A DNA stretch of 63,025 nucleotides, counting the filler, from Saprolegnia diclina VS20 (Eukaryota), in the NCBI RefSeq assembly GCF_000281045.1. It is 7 parts of 2 records of this genome, joined end to end, with 100 filler letters (N's around TTAATTAATTAA, not from the genome) between each part and the next. Parts side by side here need not be neighbours in the genome. Positions count along the whole stretch, not along the records: positions 52,926 to 61,829 come from NW_008246111.1; positions 61,930 to 63,025 come from NW_008246111.1; 5 more parts are not named here. The stretch is one strand, 5' to 3'. This document shows positions 59,022 through 63,025 of the stretch, in pieces. Within the stretch, counting starts at the first letter, position 1, and each line of letters begins with the position of its first letter. The notes beneath the pieces were generated by a model. That model was given only the letters and a program-made list of their open reading frames with translations. It had not been told where the DNA came from and did no database searches. The position numbers and the translations under genes are program-made.

Positions 59022-61158
59022 TTAGACCATCGGGTGCCAGTTGCGGTTCAACACCGGCACCGAGCGCCGTTGCAAGCGCTCGTGCATCGGGACCTTGTAC
59101 GTCTCGCAGTACGTAGCATAGTCGTTCAGCAGCGACTCGATGCGCTCGTACGACCCTTCCTGCGCTAAAAGCGCGTCATGGTACAGCAGGCGGCGGGGCG
59201 GCAGCGCCGTTTCCAGCTGCGCAACGGGCGGGTCGTGCCGGCAGAACCGTTCAAGCCGCCCGCGCTTGGTCGCTGCGCAAGCGGCACAAAAAAAGAGCAC
59301 ACCTTTGGGACAGGCCTTGCACGTCAGAAGAACACCGGTGACGGGCTTGCTGCAGAGGACACACTCGGCGACCCACGTCTCGGGCGCCTCGTCAATGTCG
59401 TCCAGCACCACGAGGTCCAGGAGGTCGCGACGCGCGTTGGCGTCGGTGGTCGCCAAGGCAAGGCGGTAGATTGCCGAGACGGTGCACTTGCCGGGCACAC
59501 GGCGGTGCGCGACTTGAAAATGGTCGGCCGCCGCGCCAAGGTCGCCACTGGTCCACGCGGCATGCCCGAGGTTGAGCTCCACTAGACACACACGGTCAAA
59601 TTTACTGACACCAAAGAAGCATGCTACCATCCCGAGTGTAATCCTTGGGTACCTTGGCCGACGGCAAGAGGTCGCGTACCGAGCGCAAGATCGACGTGGC
59701 ACGAGCAAGCTCGCCCACGTGGACCAAGAATTTGCCTTGGTTGAGCGTTGCCGCCAACGTCAGCTCGTGGTCCGCCCCGAAAGTGCGCTGCGTGGTCGCC
59801 AGGACGCGCTGGTTGAGCGCGAGGCCTTCGTCGAAGCGTCCGAGATTCATGTAGGCTACGGTTGCAATTTGCAGCGTCAAGACGGTATTAAGGAAATCGG
59901 AGCCGTGCAGCTGCTCTTGCAGCGCCGCCGCCTTGCGACTCCAGCGCAACGACGCGCGCGACTCGTGCGAATGCACATGCAAGCTTGCGACGAGGCCCAT
60001 GACGACAGCGGTGTACTTGTGGGCGAGGCCGTACACGTGCCGGTGGGCGTCAAAGAGATCGAGCGCAATGCCTTTGGCCTCGTCGGTCCTGCCATTGCGG
60101 GAGAGCGCCGCGACAAAGTAGTACTGGGTCTCGAAAACGTCCGACTCGAATGGACCCAGTGCGTCCGACTGCGTAGCCAGCGCCGACTCGAAGAGCGGCC
60201 GCCACGTCGAAGCTGGCTGATTCAGCATGCTGCGCATCATACCCAGATGGGTTTGGGTCATCGCGACAACGAGCGGGTCGGCACGCGACGTGCGGAGCAA
60301 GAGTGCATGCTCATGGCAGCGCGCGGCATCCCCGTAATTTCTTTCGTCTTGGTAGATGCGTCCGAGGGCAGACCAGCGCTCGGCTTGTTCAAGCAGAGAT
60401 GGCAAGGCCGGGATCGATGCTTCGAGCGTTCTCTTGATCCAGTCGGCAAACACGGAAAAAATGAGCTGGTCGACCGCGATGAACGACGTCTCGGCGCGAA
60501 TCAAAGCGAAGATACCGTCGCGGTCACTGGGCACGGTCGCCTCCGAGTTTTCACACTTGACTGTCGCCAGCATCTTGCGAAAGGCGCCGTCTTCGGCCAT
60601 GTCGCCGATGCAGCGTTGCTCTTGATCATGCGCCAGTGCAATCTCAAAGCGCGCGCCCAGTGTCACCGCAACGTAGACCTCAAAGACGCACCAGCTTCGA
60701 CGAAGCACGATCGGGTCGTTCCACGGGTGCAGGACCATGACCACGTTGCCGATGGCTGCGAGACCGTTCTTGAACGTCGTCGACCAGTACTCGAACGGGT
60801 ACGAGCTCGCGAGGTGCTGGTTGTTGTTGAAGACGCAAAACCAAAGGACGGCGTCGTCACCAAGATCTCGGTCGGCGAAGAAGCGCTCGAGGCTGTCGAC
60901 GGTCTCCAAGAAGAGGTACATCCATGCGTGGCTGACATACCAATTGGCCGGTGCGACGTAGTTGGCGGTCGTTGGGTCGCTGGCGACGTGGTCGACGAGC
61001 GAGAGCTCCGATGGCTTAGTCAATGGCACGACAAACTCAAAGCAGACTTGGGCTGTGGTCTTGCCAGCAAAGCTAGCCTCGCCACCATGCTCGTTGATAA
61101 AGTGGCGCAAGTACGAGAGGCGGACGCCGCGGTCCGGCGACGTCGATGGCGTTGCCAT
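59022..61158 (-). CDS. Intact HET/TIR-like + TPR + Cys-rich (Zn-binding) domain protein
   Basis: SHAW, WFCVFNNNQH, LRRSWCVFE; TPRs (TFGADHELTL); intron 59582-59627; CVLC..CKAC..CAAC..CRH. Confidence 0.88.
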
Positions 61159-62155
61159 GGTGCTGGAGACTTGGAGAATGAGAATGTCCCACCCGGCACA
61201 TTTATGCATGACACACGCCACCATATGGCTCACTCATTCTTCACATCCCACTGTAGTAACCGGTCCGGTTAAGTTGATGCAACAATACTGCAGCCAACAA
61301 CTTGGGATGCTTCACCCGTTTAAAGTATGCAATGCCCTGTTTAAGATGCCAAGAGCGGAGTGAGCAGGAACTTTGGCGCACGTCCTCCTCGGGAACTGCG
61401 GTGAGACGTGTTTAAAATTCAAGAAAAATTTATCAGTGCCACTATCATCCCTCCAAGTATCCATTGATTGTTGAGTTTTATCCGTCTGTTTATCTCCACT
61501 CTTGGCATCGAAAACAGGGCAGGCAGACAACGTTTAAAAACGCCTTGCATCGGCGCCATATGGGTTGGAAGTTGCACCTCCTTCCTTGACCCCAGGACCG
61601 TGGACTGGGACGGGAAGGGAAGTGCCATGGGATGGGCGGAGGTTTGTACGGTCGGTCCATGGATCTGTTGCTGTTGGAATGAGTCTATTGAGATATTATA
61701 ATGGATCTGAGGGTCTGTGGGTGCAAAACCATGTCTTACCCTAGAGTCGAGGTCTGCATCTATTGTGCAGCCGCAAGGTGGCGTCCCTACGTTTTGGTAC
61801 CACATGGAACCACACCAGTACCACATTTTNNNNNNNNNNNNNNNNNNNNNNNNNNNNNNNNNNNNNNNNNNNNTTAATTAATTAANNNNNNNNNNNNNNN
61901 NNNNNNNNNNNNNNNNNNNNNNNNNNNNNCGCCAGCGCCAGCATTTCGGCACCTGTACGTCGTCACTTTTGTCAAGTTGGTGGTAGAACCAATGACAACC
62001 TAAAACATTAAGGGACTTGATAGAAAAGGGCAGACCACGTTGCGGAGGCTTGGTCCACGCTTGAAGTATGGGCGGATACGGATAACATCGTGCGTGGATT
62101 GGAGAAAAATCAGCCAATGAAAAGGGGGGAATGCGATCGCTAATCATTTTGCAAC

Positions 62156-63025
62156 ATGTTTGGGTTGTGGCAGACGGCGGAGCACAAGGAGAAGGCGAGG
62201 GAGACGAAGGCGAAGGAGGTACTCGGACGACGACGCCAATGGTACGATGCTCATGCGATGATGTAGGAAGCGCTTCTCAACGCTGCACGAGATGGCAAGT
62301 TGGCTGCCGTCATCTCCGCTCTCAACGACCGCGTCAACATCGAGTGCTACGACAGCGTACTCTTCCTCCATCGATCCACCATGTTTATGGATATGTCTAT
62401 GGGAGTAGACTGGTTGGACGCCACTGCTCAAAGCTGCTATGTGTGATCGTTTGGAGATTGTCCGCTTTTTGCTTGAAAAAGGCGCCAACATCGAAGCCAA
62501 ATCCACCGTACGTTGTGTGTTGTCCGAAACGTCTTTTTTTCATTCGCAAATTTCACATATTGCGTTTGCGTAGTTTCTCAACACGCCACTGCACTATGCC
62601 TCGCAAAACAATCACGTGGAGACCGTTCGTCTTCTCTTGGCTTACGGCGCCAACGTCAATGCGACAAATTACGTACGTTTTCACAAAATCCTCACTCATT
62701 TCCATCAAATTTGGACTTGTAGTGGAACCATACGCCACTCATGGCCGCTCAAGAAAAAGGTCGTGTCCAAGTCCAAGAGCTTTTGCAAACCGCCATGGTA
62801 AATTTGTTGATGCGCATTTGTTGGACTATCGGAATACAAAACTATACTTGTAGCTTGCCAAGGCTCTGCGCGAAAAGCGCATTCTGGACGCCAACAGTCT
62901 CCTTCGGCAAGAGGCGATCAACGTCAACCATCAGGAGCCAGTACATATGCCTCGAAAAGCTGCGCTTTTCTAAACGTAATTTTGTAGGACGGAACGACGT
63001 TGCTGCATCTCGTACTAGCGACGCA
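62156..63025 (+). CDS. 5' part of an ankyrin-repeat gene of the same family as 40486..43908 (runs off the window)
   Basis: MFGLWQTAEHKEKARETKAKE|EALLNAARDG..; one ankyrin per exon; LAKALREKRILDA..|DGTTLLHLVLAT matches LFHALDKKRFVDA..|NGTSLVQLVLATQ. Confidence 0.85.

Overview
Eukaryotic window with GC-rich coding sequence and many 40-60 nt GT-AG introns. The gene families and Inr/FPR- and CCAAT-like promoter motifs point to an oomycete, most likely Saprolegniales (inference). It is a pseudo-scaffold: six N-TTAATTAATTAA-N linkers join separate contigs, so order and orientation across them are not reliable. The left half is mostly conserved genes: two head-to-head kinesin paralogues, a DPP-IV/S9 peptidase with a VHL-beta-like insert, a large internally repeated membrane protein, rotatin, NOL8 and NOP2. 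From about 26 kb the region is accessory and fast-evolving. It holds tandem secreted tectonin-like propeller proteins, two papain proteases, a pogo-type element, LRR paralogues, ankyrin(-kinase)-Zn-ribbon genes with one repeat per exon, and a family with a HET/TIR-like N-terminal domain, TPRs and a Cys-rich C-terminus. The most notable pattern is that the HET/TIR-TPR genes recur head-to-head with ankyrin/kinase genes, three times including one deletion relic. This suggests a paired immune or allorecognition-like module. All calls were made by eye; no database searches were run.
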